The notes: a model not told the origin generated them from the sequence alone. Positions 29,077 through 36,427 are shown, counted from the stretch's first letter. The stretch: DNA of 45,746 bases from a virus (IMGVR_UViG_3300030059_000930:1-45746); one strand, 5' to 3'. Numbers and translations are program-made.

Positions 29077-29774
29077 TGGATAGATCAAAACCCTATAGAA
29101 TTAAAAACACTATGTTAGCTATACAGTCAGATTGGATGATAGATAAAACCACATTAGCATTAATACAAGACTCTGAGCTTGAAATTATAAAATTCCATGC
29201 GGGAGATGGTACTCAAGAATTAAATATACCTTTACAAGAATATATAAAAGAAGAACTACCTGACGTTTACTCAGTGCCTCTGTTTACGGAAGATTTCTGC
29301 GATATGATGTTAGACGAAATAAAAAACATCGAACATTATTTAGGTTTTACCGAAAATGATGACGAGGATGAGTTACGACAGATCCCTGAAGTTACTCTAC
29401 AAGATAACATCCCACAGTTATCTGAAAATCTACACAGCGTGGTATTAAATCACATGAACCCTTTATTCACCGCAGTATGGCAACGCTACAGTTTAAAAAT
29501 TAATTCAATACAGTTAGCCAACTATAATTTAGCTAAAAGAGAGCAGGGAGAGTGGCATCACGACGCTAGTGCTGATATAAGCGTAGTTGTACCTTTAAAC
29601 ACAGGTAAGTATCAAGGCGGAGGTACTGAGTTTCATGGTCGAGGAGTTGTACCCCCTTTACCACGAGGACATGCGTTATTTTTCCCTAGTTTTACACACA
29701 TGCACCGTGGTCTTAAAGTAGACAAAGGTGATAGGTATCTACTGGTTTTTTGGTTACTAGGTGCATACGATTAA
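29076..29774 (+). CDS. 2OG-Fe(II) dioxygenase (prolyl/lysyl-hydroxylase-like)
   Basis: HHD...LN...Y.GGGT.F...H.G..V..G.RY.LV (HxD...H...R) as in PLOD-type domains. Confidence 0.85.
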   Translation: MDRSKPYRIKNTMLAIQSDWMIDKTTLALIQDSELEIIKFHAGDGTQELNIPLQEYIKEELPDVYSVPLFTEDFCDMMLDEIKNIEHYLGFTENDDEDELRQIPEVTLQDNIPQLSENLHSVVLNHMNPLFTAVWQRYSLKINSIQLANYNLAKREQGEWHHDASADISVVVPLNTGKYQGGGTEFHGRGVVPPLPRGHALFFPSFTHMHRGLKVDKGDRYLLVFWLLGAYD

Positions 29775-29776
29775 GC

Positions 29777-29805
29777 TTTACTATGTTAGGGATGTAAGTT
29801 TTAAT
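29777..29805 (+). promoter_or_regulatory. Putative sigma70-like promoter
   Basis: TTTACT-N17-TTTAAT before a structured leader and ORF 29906. Confidence 0.45.
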
Positions 29806-29905
29806 ATATTTAGTTAGTTAGTAACTAGTCAGGCGTTCGGTGACTATAAAAGGTAATGTTCGAGTGTGGGTATCACTATAACTACCCACTTAATTAGGAG
29901 CGTAT

Positions 29906-30214
29906 ATGAAAGACAAAACAAAACTAAAATTAGTTAGTAATAACCCTAACTTGAAGACATATTATATTCCCCTTACCACTATACACGTAGAGATGTACCC
30001 TGTTAAAGCCAACTCACTAGACGACGCAGTTGACCGAGCTAATAAAGGTTTTACCGACGGCATAGTAAGAAAGGTAACGTTAGAAGAAAGTTTTACCAAC
30101 GAAGCCTATACAACTCCAGAAGTACCAACACCTACTTTATTCGCTAGGCAGATTGACCATTTTGATCTAGATATAAAAGATTTTGACTATCCTATACCGA
30201 GTAAAAGATCTTAG
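29906..30214 (+). CDS. Hypothetical protein
   Basis: AGGAG RBS; V.A.S.DDA motif. Confidence 0.7.
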   Translation: MKDKTKLKLVSNNPNLKTYYIPLTTIHVEMYPVKANSLDDAVDRANKGFTDGIVRKVTLEESFTNEAYTTPEVPTPTLFARQIDHFDLDIKDFDYPIPSKRS

Positions 30215-30255
30215 TTATAGTTTACTTAGTAATTAATAATATATAGGAGATATAT

Positions 30256-30462
30256 ATGGATGAAGAAACTAAAAAGGAGCTAGGAAAATCTTTAGCCCTT
30301 ATAAATAAAGTAATGGACGCGAGTATGAATGACTCTAATGACATAGAAGGCAGTTTAGCTAACTATGGTGCTTTTATACAAATTAAATTATGTGTAGAAT
30401 CACATATAGAGCTTGCTGAAGCTATTAATAATAGGGTTGTTAATGGGGATTATAATGGATGA
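30256..30462 (+). CDS. Hypothetical protein
   Basis: AGGAG RBS, 68 aa. Confidence 0.65.
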   Translation: MDEETKKELGKSLALINKVMDASMNDSNDIEGSLANYGAFIQIKLCVESHIELAEAINNRVVNGDYNG

Positions 30463-30640
30463 TGCTTGTAAACATGACTGGCGTAATAGTATAAATATCA
30501 ATTCAAAAGGAACTTTAGATAGTGTTATGGAGTGCGAGGACTGTGGTGTGAGACACTACTTAGATAGTCGTCCTAGACCTACGCACTTACAACATGTTCC
30601 CACAGAAAGATACGAAAGTTTAGTAAAATTATTTTCATGA
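30455..30640 (+). CDS. Small zinc-ribbon protein
   Basis: CKH.W...CEDCG; start 30455 overlaps the previous stop. Confidence 0.6.
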   Translation: MDDACKHDWRNSININSKGTLDSVMECEDCGVRHYLDSRPRPTHLQHVPTERYESLVKLFS

Positions 30641-30644
30641 TGTT

Positions 30645-30980
30645 CGGCTTTACTCGCCAAACAACAGCTGTTCCGTAAGTACACAGCGAAATCATTCTAG
30701 GATGTGTGCGACACCAGAGAGTAGAGCTTGTTTAAAAAGTTTTAGACAGCTTTTTAAACTTCATAATAAAACTGGTTAATCTTAGAAAACTTGCAAAGTC
30801 AGCCATCGGGTGCGAGGAAGTTATCCCGAGAAGTGACTCTAAACTACTAGACTTCCAAGTGGCTAGTGCTTGGTGTTTTTACTGAGCCAATGCCACCCTA
30901 TTTCTCTTCACGAGGGTTAATATTTTATCCGCTCGTTTGGTGGCGGATTGAGTTGTTGAAGTTCCTCGTGAGGGGCTCCA
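30645..30980 (+). ncRNA. Putative structured non-coding RNA(s)
   Basis: No ORF of 60 aa or more; six consecutive stem-loops, several with G-U pairs valid only on the + strand. Confidence 0.5.
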
Positions 30981-31021
30981 AAATTGACTTTAATAACACA
31001 CCAAACACCTCATTTAAAACC

Positions 31022-31062
31022 TTTTGACTATGGTTTACTTTACTTTTGATCTAACCTATTAT
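31022..31062 (+). promoter_or_regulatory. Putative promoter, repeated family
   Basis: TTTTGACT, then TTTACT-N17(GATC)-TATTAT. Confidence 0.65.
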
Positions 31063-31108
31063 TATCTAGTAACTTTAATAACTAACCTTTTAAAGGAGGG
31101 CAAATAAT

Positions 31109-31375
31109 ATGACAAAAGCTACAGCAAAAAAATCTACATTGGTAAAAAGCCAAGTAAAAACAGCCAAGACTACACCTAATGTGAAGTTTGGTAAATTTCA
31201 TCCTGACGCTAAATTAAGAGCGACAGGCAAAAAAGTAACCAGTGACGAGAATAACGCAAGAGTTAAATCGGTTAATGGTAGAACTATAAAAGAGGCATTA
31301 GCTGGTGGTTTATATACTGCTACTGACCTTAACTATGATATCAATAAGATTAAAACCTTAGAGATAGTAACTTAA
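31109..31375 (+). CDS. Small basic protein, 'DLNYD' paralog family
   Basis: AAGGAGG RBS; N..R.K.VNG.T...AL...DLNYDI. Confidence 0.8.
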   Translation: MTKATAKKSTLVKSQVKTAKTTPNVKFGKFHPDAKLRATGKKVTSDENNARVKSVNGRTIKEALAGGLYTATDLNYDINKIKTLEIVT

Positions 31376-31394
31376 TAATTTATAGGAGTAAATT

Positions 31395-31580
31395 ATGTCA
31401 AAACCAAAAGAGTGTGTCATTTGTAAAGGTGACATTGAACAGAAAAAAACCCCAGAAGGCAAAGTCTACTGGGACTCAGGTGAAAATGCTGAGCCGTACA
31501 AAGAAGGTAGATGTTGTGCTATGTGTAACGCTGTCTTTGTTTTACCTTTAAGAATGTCTTTAATGGGGTTAAAAGTATGA
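31395..31580 (+). CDS. Small zinc-finger protein
   Basis: CVIC...NAEP...GRCC..CN; AGGAG RBS. Confidence 0.7.
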   Translation: MSKPKECVICKGDIEQKKTPEGKVYWDSGENAEPYKEGRCCAMCNAVFVLPLRMSLMGLKV

Positions 31581-31960
31581 GTAAATTATATAACTGTTTA
31601 CTTGTTGACCCATTCAGTGAGTCAGTAGTAAGAATACAATTACCTAAAGAAAACTTTATAGACCACTGTAAAGATGTGATGGGTATCACTAGTCCCGTAG
31701 ATATAGTGACTTTACATCCTAAACATATGGTTATAGTAGATGACGAGGGTCTATTTAACGAAGTAACTCAAAGATACTTTAAACTACACGAAATACCACA
31801 ACCTTTAGCAGGACGTGCTGTTATAGTTTCCTTTGACGAGGAAACAGGTGATACAGTCAGTATAGATAAAGAAGCTTACGATTATCATAGTTCTACCATA
31901 AACTTTAAACCTGACGGTTATGTACAGTCACCATATATGGAGTATGTTCCCATCTCATGA
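31577..31960 (+). CDS. DUF3846-like protein
   Basis: IVDDEGL...PLAG.AVIV motif. Confidence 0.6.
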   Translation: MSKLYNCLLVDPFSESVVRIQLPKENFIDHCKDVMGITSPVDIVTLHPKHMVIVDDEGLFNEVTQRYFKLHEIPQPLAGRAVIVSFDEETGDTVSIDKEAYDYHSSTINFKPDGYVQSPYMEYVPIS

Positions 31961-32259
31961 ATATAGAAGAGAGTAAAAGTATATTAATAAATGCTATATC
32001 AGATCTACCCTTTAGTGAAGGAGGAGTAGTACATATAGCACCAAAGGTGGTTTTATCATTCGAATTAAGTTTTACTGATGCTAATAAATCTGTAACATGG
32101 CTGGGCGATAAATATGTGATATTACATTATACAGGCTATGACAGTGGTAGATTTACTAGGCATCGCTCAGTGCATAGTGTTATAAATAACATACCTGAAG
32201 TGGTTATACTAGCATGGGTTAAAGAACTTCCTTTACCCAAATTACCATCAATTTTATAA
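31957..32259 (+). CDS. Hypothetical protein
   Basis: ATGA-coupled, 100 aa. Confidence 0.55.
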   Translation: MNIEESKSILINAISDLPFSEGGVVHIAPKVVLSFELSFTDANKSVTWLGDKYVILHYTGYDSGRFTRHRSVHSVINNIPEVVILAWVKELPLPKLPSIL

Positions 32260-32378
32260 TATAGGTTATATAAATATAACAAGGATTTAGTGTGGATCGT
32301 ACTGATCGTAGAATTATTAAAGTAGCTCTATGGACCATGTTCTTATTATTTCTCGACTCTATAACCAGTTTTTTATCT

Positions 32379-32419
32379 TTTTGACTATGCTTTACCATGT
32401 AGGTGATCAAAACTATTAT
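32379..32419 (+). promoter_or_regulatory. Putative promoter, repeated family
   Basis: TTTTGACTATGC TTTACC-N17(GATC)-TATTAT. Confidence 0.7.
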
Positions 32420-32449
32420 ATAGGTATATTAAATAAAAGGAGTATTAAT

Positions 32450-32674
32450 ATGAATAATGTTACATGGCCAACTACTAATAACGAATTATTAGAAGAATGG
32501 TCTATAAACCAAGCTACTAGATTCTTAGTCTATAAAGCTAACTCACTAGACGAGGAAGTCTACACCGACCTTACCAATAAACCAGGACTTATTACTATTT
32601 ACTGTATGTTAGGTAAAGAGTTATGGGGTGCGGGTTCATTAGGTGAAGGTGATTTAGTAGAGGGGTTAATATGA
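32450..32674 (+). CDS. Hypothetical protein
   Basis: AAGGAG RBS supports ATG 32450 rather than 32330. Confidence 0.65.
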   Translation: MNNVTWPTTNNELLEEWSINQATRFLVYKANSLDEEVYTDLTNKPGLITIYCMLGKELWGAGSLGEGDLVEGLI

Positions 32675-32853
32675 AAAAATATATAAACCCATACATTGAT
32701 TGCCCAGAGTGCAAAGACCATGAATCTTTTGTAGCAATAAACCCAGAAATAGGTGCTAAGGAAGGTGGTCATTGTCAATCGTGTGAGTATGAAGTTGTTA
32801 CACCATTGTGGCTTTCAGCTACAGGTAAAGTTTTCGGGAGGGATTACTTATGA
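32671..32853 (+). CDS. Small zinc-ribbon protein
   Basis: CPEC...CQSC; ATGA coupling. Confidence 0.65.
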   Translation: MKKYINPYIDCPECKDHESFVAINPEIGAKEGGHCQSCEYEVVTPLWLSATGKVFGRDYL

Positions 32854-33056
32854 AGCCAGAAGATTTAATGACAATACGCACTACTACCAAACTAGATGAG
32901 CAGATTGCTAGGTGGCGACTGGCTAAGTTTTTAGCAGATGAAGTATTAAAGATACTAGACTTAGATGGTAACTGGTTACCCGAAGATGAGGAGTACCAAT
33001 CATTTGAAGATGAAATGTTTAAGCTTTTATATAAATGGGAGACTAAAGATGAGTAA
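32850..33056 (+). CDS. Hypothetical protein
   Basis: ATGA coupling, GGGAGG RBS. Confidence 0.65.
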   Translation: MKPEDLMTIRTTTKLDEQIARWRLAKFLADEVLKILDLDGNWLPEDEEYQSFEDEMFKLLYKWETKDE

Positions 33057-33261
33057 AATAACAGGAAAAGACATATTAGAAAAAAATCAGAAGATTTGCT
33101 GGACCAAAGAAAAGAATGGTTGGAGTAACCAAAACATAATCGAAAGACCAAGAGGAGATGAAGAGATTATTTTTACATTCTCTAATCCTTTAAACTTAGA
33201 TAATTGTAACAAACAGGCTAAAACTCTTAATCGTATAAATGGTGTAACTAAAGATGAGTAA
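33049..33261 (+). CDS. Hypothetical protein
   Basis: GGGAG RBS before ATG 33049 (MSKITGKD...). Confidence 0.6.
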   Translation: MSKITGKDILEKNQKICWTKEKNGWSNQNIIERPRGDEEIIFTFSNPLNLDNCNKQAKTLNRINGVTKDE

Positions 33262-33334
33262 TGATGATTTTGAGACTTTATTTTTATTATGTATCCTGTT
33301 CTCTGGTCCTATATACCTAGTGTTTTTCTTTTGA
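33254..33334 (+). CDS. Possible 26-aa membrane peptide (MSNDDFETLFLLCILFSGPIYLVFFF)
   Basis: Same overlap junction as the previous gene; single hydrophobic helix. Confidence 0.4.
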   Translation: MSNDDFETLFLLCILFSGPIYLVFFF

Positions 33335-33369
33335 CTCTCCTATACCATGTAGGTGATCAACGTTAAAAT
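33329..33369 (+). promoter_or_regulatory. Putative promoter, repeated family
   Basis: TTTTGACT, then TATACC-N17(GATC)-TAAAAT; shares TACCATGTAGGTGATCAA with the 32379 copy. Confidence 0.65.
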
Positions 33370-33403
33370 TACCTTAGTAATTAAATAATATAAGGAGAAA
33401 ATT

Positions 33404-33517
33404 ATGAGAGTCACTAATAAAGAATATTTCAGGAATATGCAAGGTGTGGAATGGTTCAGCTGGTTTATACTAAAACCAATAGCGTTACTACTATGTGTGG
33501 TTGTGTGGTGGTTATAA
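33404..33517 (+). CDS. 37-aa membrane peptide (MRVTNKEYF...IALLLCVVVWWL), not in ORF track
   Basis: TAAGGAG RBS, TAATG coupling to the next gene, C-terminal TM helix. Confidence 0.6.
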   Translation: MRVTNKEYFRNMQGVEWFSWFILKPIALLLCVVVWWL

Positions 33518-33870
33518 TGATTAACGAGAATGTAAAAGCCGAAGATTTTGAAGAATGTCAACCTGACGATCGCCCTCATGAGACTGGGTATTTATTCAAT
33601 ATCGAATACCCTAAAGAACTTAATGAATTACTGCTGGGTAGTAATAAACATCGTATAAGTATCACCTATTATGACTTCAATAAGGGTAGCGTTAACGATC
33701 CTAATTGGTTTACTTACTCTCATGTTAACGGTGGTTATCAGGCTCATCACTGGTCGGTTACTAAAGGTAAGTTCGATGAATTTCTACTTAAAGCTGTGGC
33801 TCATGAACTATTTGCGGAAGATTATAGGTACGTTCAAAGTGCTTATAATCTAGAAGATGGTAGGGCGTAA
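33517..33870 (+). CDS. Hypothetical protein
   Basis: TAATG-coupled start at 33517. Confidence 0.65.
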   Translation: MINENVKAEDFEECQPDDRPHETGYLFNIEYPKELNELLLGSNKHRISITYYDFNKGSVNDPNWFTYSHVNGGYQAHHWSVTKGKFDEFLLKAVAHELFAEDYRYVQSAYNLEDGRA

Positions 33871-33874
33871 ACCC

Positions 33875-33914
33875 TTTGACTATGCTTTACCATGTATAGG
33901 ATCCCGCCTATTAT
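33875..33914 (+). promoter_or_regulatory. Putative promoter, repeated family
   Basis: TTTGACTATGC TTTACC-N17(GATC)-TATTAT. Confidence 0.7.
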
Positions 33915-33948
33915 TAATATAGTTAATAAATAATATACGGAGCGAATT

Positions 33949-34125
33949 ATGAATATAGAATATATGGATTTAGAACAAAAACAACAATACCTAGATTATC
34001 TCAAACGCCTAAAGCTAGACCAAGATGAGGCTATAGCTAATGGTGATAGTTATATCAATAAAAGTTGGAGATTCCATGCTAAGCTTACCATCAAACAACT
34101 AACTGCTAGCATCGCCAAGGGATAA
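33949..34125 (+). CDS. 58-aa hypothetical protein (MNIEYMDLEQKQQYL...), not in ORF track
   Basis: GGAG RBS downstream of the promoter; stop lies 2 nt before the next ATG. Confidence 0.65.
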   Translation: MNIEYMDLEQKQQYLDYLKRLKLDQDEAIANGDSYINKSWRFHAKLTIKQLTASIAKG

Positions 34126-34127
34126 TT

Positions 34128-34568
34128 ATGAATGAATATAAAGTTGTTGACGGTTGGGAGATTATTCCCAAAGGTCTAGTGAGTGAGAATATAAAAGATA
34201 TTACTTCTCGTGACGGCGATGATGGTAAGGAACAAGATAGGTTGGTTGATATTCTTGAAGACTTACTTACTTATGCTCCTGATGAGATTAGTTATTATTT
34301 TTCTGAAGACCATAACGGTCGTGAAGGATTTATGGATTCTGATGAGTTCTATAAAATCTGGGGAACTGTTGAAGGTTTAAGAACCGTGTATGACAGTTCA
34401 CTACTTAACTGTGTTCCTGATACTGGGTACAATATTGTTGAAACAGGCTACGCTAAATGGGATGAAGAAACTAAAAGCCGTGATGTGTATGTAGCTTTAT
34501 CTATGAACGGTTGTAGTTTAGCTAGTGCCTTGACTGAATATTATAAGTTCACTTTAACTTTTGATTAA
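34128..34568 (+). CDS. Acidic hypothetical protein
   Basis: 146-aa ORF, D/E-rich, last gene of the + strand accessory region. Confidence 0.7.
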   Translation: MNEYKVVDGWEIIPKGLVSENIKDITSRDGDDGKEQDRLVDILEDLLTYAPDEISYYFSEDHNGREGFMDSDEFYKIWGTVEGLRTVYDSSLLNCVPDTGYNIVETGYAKWDEETKSRDVYVALSMNGCSLASALTEYYKFTLTFD

Positions 34569-34839
34569 GCTGTTACCTATATAGTATTGTGGAAAAAAGA
34601 AAAAACAAAAACGAATTTACTAGGTGTTTAGCCAATAGGGCAATAGGTGAGAGTGTATGAAGCATCTCTCATGGTCCTTTTGTTGGGGTTATTGGCTGAT
34701 GTATTACGAGGCTATTAGCAAAGAAGAGGTAATAGGGTAGTTAATGGGTGGTTCATGGTACTAGTTTAAATAAAGCATGGGGTAGGATTAAGGAAGACAT
34801 ATAGCATCTCCACTGATCCCTTATAGTAAAGAACTAAGA

Positions 34840-35045
34840 AACCATGAGCTAAGACACAAGAACCAAAAACCTACAGCTATATTACATTGACCATGAACCA
34901 TGGTTCAAGACACAAGAACCAAAGAAAACGCACCATTAGCCAATACGATCAATAGTCCACAGATCTAGATCATGATCGTGAAGACAAAGACAAAGAACCA
35001 TGGATCATGATCGTGATGTTCTAGATCATGATCTGTTATTCATGC
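34840..35045. repeat. Non-coding cluster of GATC/CATG palindromes and AAGACA(C)AAGAACC repeats
   Basis: 8 GATC within 34947-35033, including three GATCATGATC; repeated AAGACACAAGAACCAAA at 34851 and 34907. Confidence 0.8.
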
Positions 35046-35047
35046 AC

Positions 35048-35072
35048 AAAAAATGGGGGGCTAACGCCCCCC
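35048..35072 (-). terminator. Rho-independent terminator
   Basis: Minus strand GGGGGC-GTTA-GCCCCC-A-TTTTTT just downstream of ORF 35087-35320. Confidence 0.85.
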
Positions 35073-35086
35073 GACCATAGCCCAGT

Positions 35087-35320
35087 TTACCTGAGTACTA
35101 AACTACCGATTTTAAGATCGTAGTTAAGGTGAGTTTGAGCACCTTTAGCATACAGAGTACCATAGTGAGCCAAAGCATTTTCAACGGACATACCATTGAC
35201 AGCTTTAGCACGCTTGATATTATGTTCTGCGCGTGACTTACCTGAGATATAGGTAAGGGATTGAAGAGCCACCTTAGGAGTGACCACCGCAGAAGCGGAT
35301 TTAGTTTTAGTATTATTCAT
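35087..35320 (-). CDS. Small basic protein, 'LNYD' paralog family
   Basis: HNIKRAKAVNG...NALA.Y.TL...LNYDLK.G.L; has its own promoter and terminator; ATG 35320 aligns with the paralog start. Confidence 0.8.
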   Translation of the reverse strand: MNNTKTKSASAVVTPKVALQSLTYISGKSRAEHNIKRAKAVNGMSVENALAHYGTLYAKGAQTHLNYDLKIGSLVLR

Positions 35321-35386
35321 AATAATTACCATGAGGCTTAGTTAGTTAGCAATGATTAGTAAGCCTTATTACCTAACCATTAGGTT

Positions 35387-35416
35387 ATTATAACCCTGAT
35401 CTATAAGTAAAGTAAA
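35387..35416 (-). promoter_or_regulatory. Putative sigma70-like promoter
   Basis: Minus strand TTTACT-N18(GATC)-TATAAT. Confidence 0.65.
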
Positions 35417-35503
35417 GTAATATCTAAAAAGAAGTATATATAATTTATATATAAAAACTATACATAAAGTTCCCTGCGGGGCACACAGATCGTCGCCTAT
35501 CGG

Positions 35504-35547
35504 CGACACACAAAGACACAAAGACAAAGACAAAGACACAAAGACAA
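35504..35547 (+). repeat. Short tandem repeat (AAAGAC/AAAGACAC)n
   Basis: GACACACAAAGACACAAAGACAAAGACAAAGACACAAAGACAAC. Confidence 0.85.
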
Positions 35548-35598
35548 CAGATCTTGCATCATGATCACGATCGTCTTGGTTGTTGGTGCTTGGGTAAT

Positions 35599-35621
35599 AA
35601 AAAAGGGGGCGTAAGCCCCCC
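35599..35621 (-). terminator. Rho-independent terminator
   Basis: Minus strand GGGGGC-TTAC-GCCCCC-TTTTTT downstream of ORF 35638-35880. Confidence 0.85.
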
Positions 35622-35637
35622 ATTTAGTAACTAGGTA

Positions 35638-35880
35638 TTAACCTAGCGTTAGCCTACCACCCTTAATATCGTAGTTTAAATCTGCCTTACCGTAGCCTAA
35701 CGTTTTATACGTAGCTAAAGCGTTAGCGTAAGTAGTACCGCTTACCTTACTAGCCCTATTAATATTGTGACTAGCCCCGCCCTTAGTAACGTAAGTTAGT
35801 TTAGTATTAGTAGAAACACTAGTACTGACGTTAGTAGTAACGCTAGTAGTAGCAACCTTTTTATTATTAGTATTTGACAT
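35638..35880 (-). CDS. Small basic protein, 'DLNYD' paralog family
   Basis: HNINRASKVSG...NALATY.TL...DLNYDIK.G.L; has its own promoter and terminator. Confidence 0.8.
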   Translation of the reverse strand: MSNTNNKKVATTSVTTNVSTSVSTNTKLTYVTKGGASHNINRASKVSGTTYANALATYKTLGYGKADLNYDIKGGRLTLG

Positions 35881-35946
35881 AATAATTTACCTATAGGGTT
35901 TAATTAGTTAGTAATAGTAAGTACCCTTTTAACTTACTATACACTA

Positions 35947-35975
35947 ATGATACTAACATATATAAGTAAAGTAAA
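35947..35975 (-). promoter_or_regulatory. Putative sigma70-like promoter
   Basis: Minus strand TTTACT-N17-TATCAT. Confidence 0.6.
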
Positions 35976-36427
35976 GTAATAAAGTATATATAATTTATAT
36001 ATAAAAACTATACATAAATTGTCCTACACACCACCCTAACGGGCGGACGCACTACTATACATAAGTATGAAAGTAAAGTATTAAAGTATATATAAATTAT
36101 ATATAATAACTATACATAAATTCTTAGAACGTTGCCTGAAAAAGTTCCCTGCGGGGCACACAGACCGCCTGACGGCGACCCAGACCCACTAGAGATTAAG
36201 GAGAGTAGAAAAATGTTCCCTGCGGGGCAACACGCAGCACAGCTGCGACACACAGACCCACCACCTAAGTCGCTATAAATCACCCCCCACCCCCCTTATT
36301 GCATAGTTGTTGTGAGTTTGGTCGTAGCTCGCATTTAAAGAGCCATAAGCCATGACTTTTACTTTTTGATTAAATAGGCTAGAATTAGGGACTCATCATC
36401 AAAATTTTTTGCAAATTTACAGAGGCT

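Larger units (their letters stand above)
35432..36229. repeat. Dispersed direct repeats: 37-bp AT-rich unit x3 (35432-35468, 35982-36018, 36084-36120) and GTTCCCTGCGGGGCA x3 (35469, 36144, 36215)
   Basis: Copies 1 and 2 of the 37-mer are identical and copy 3 has 2 mismatches; the 15-mers are identical. Confidence 0.9.

Noticed and set aside
29076-29774. TET/JBP base oxygenase
   Set aside because: Motif spacing resembles prolyl/lysyl hydroxylases, no DNA methyltransferase is adjacent, and the hydroxymethyl group is explained by the TS homolog
30830-30856. tRNA with CUA anticodon (GACTCTAAA loop)
   Set aside because: No acceptor stem, D-arm or TTCG T-loop at the proper spacing; + strand ORFs terminate normally at TAG
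35369-35623. 84-aa minus-strand ORF
   Set aside because: Starts inside a terminator hairpin and runs through tandem repeats and a promoter; low-complexity translation
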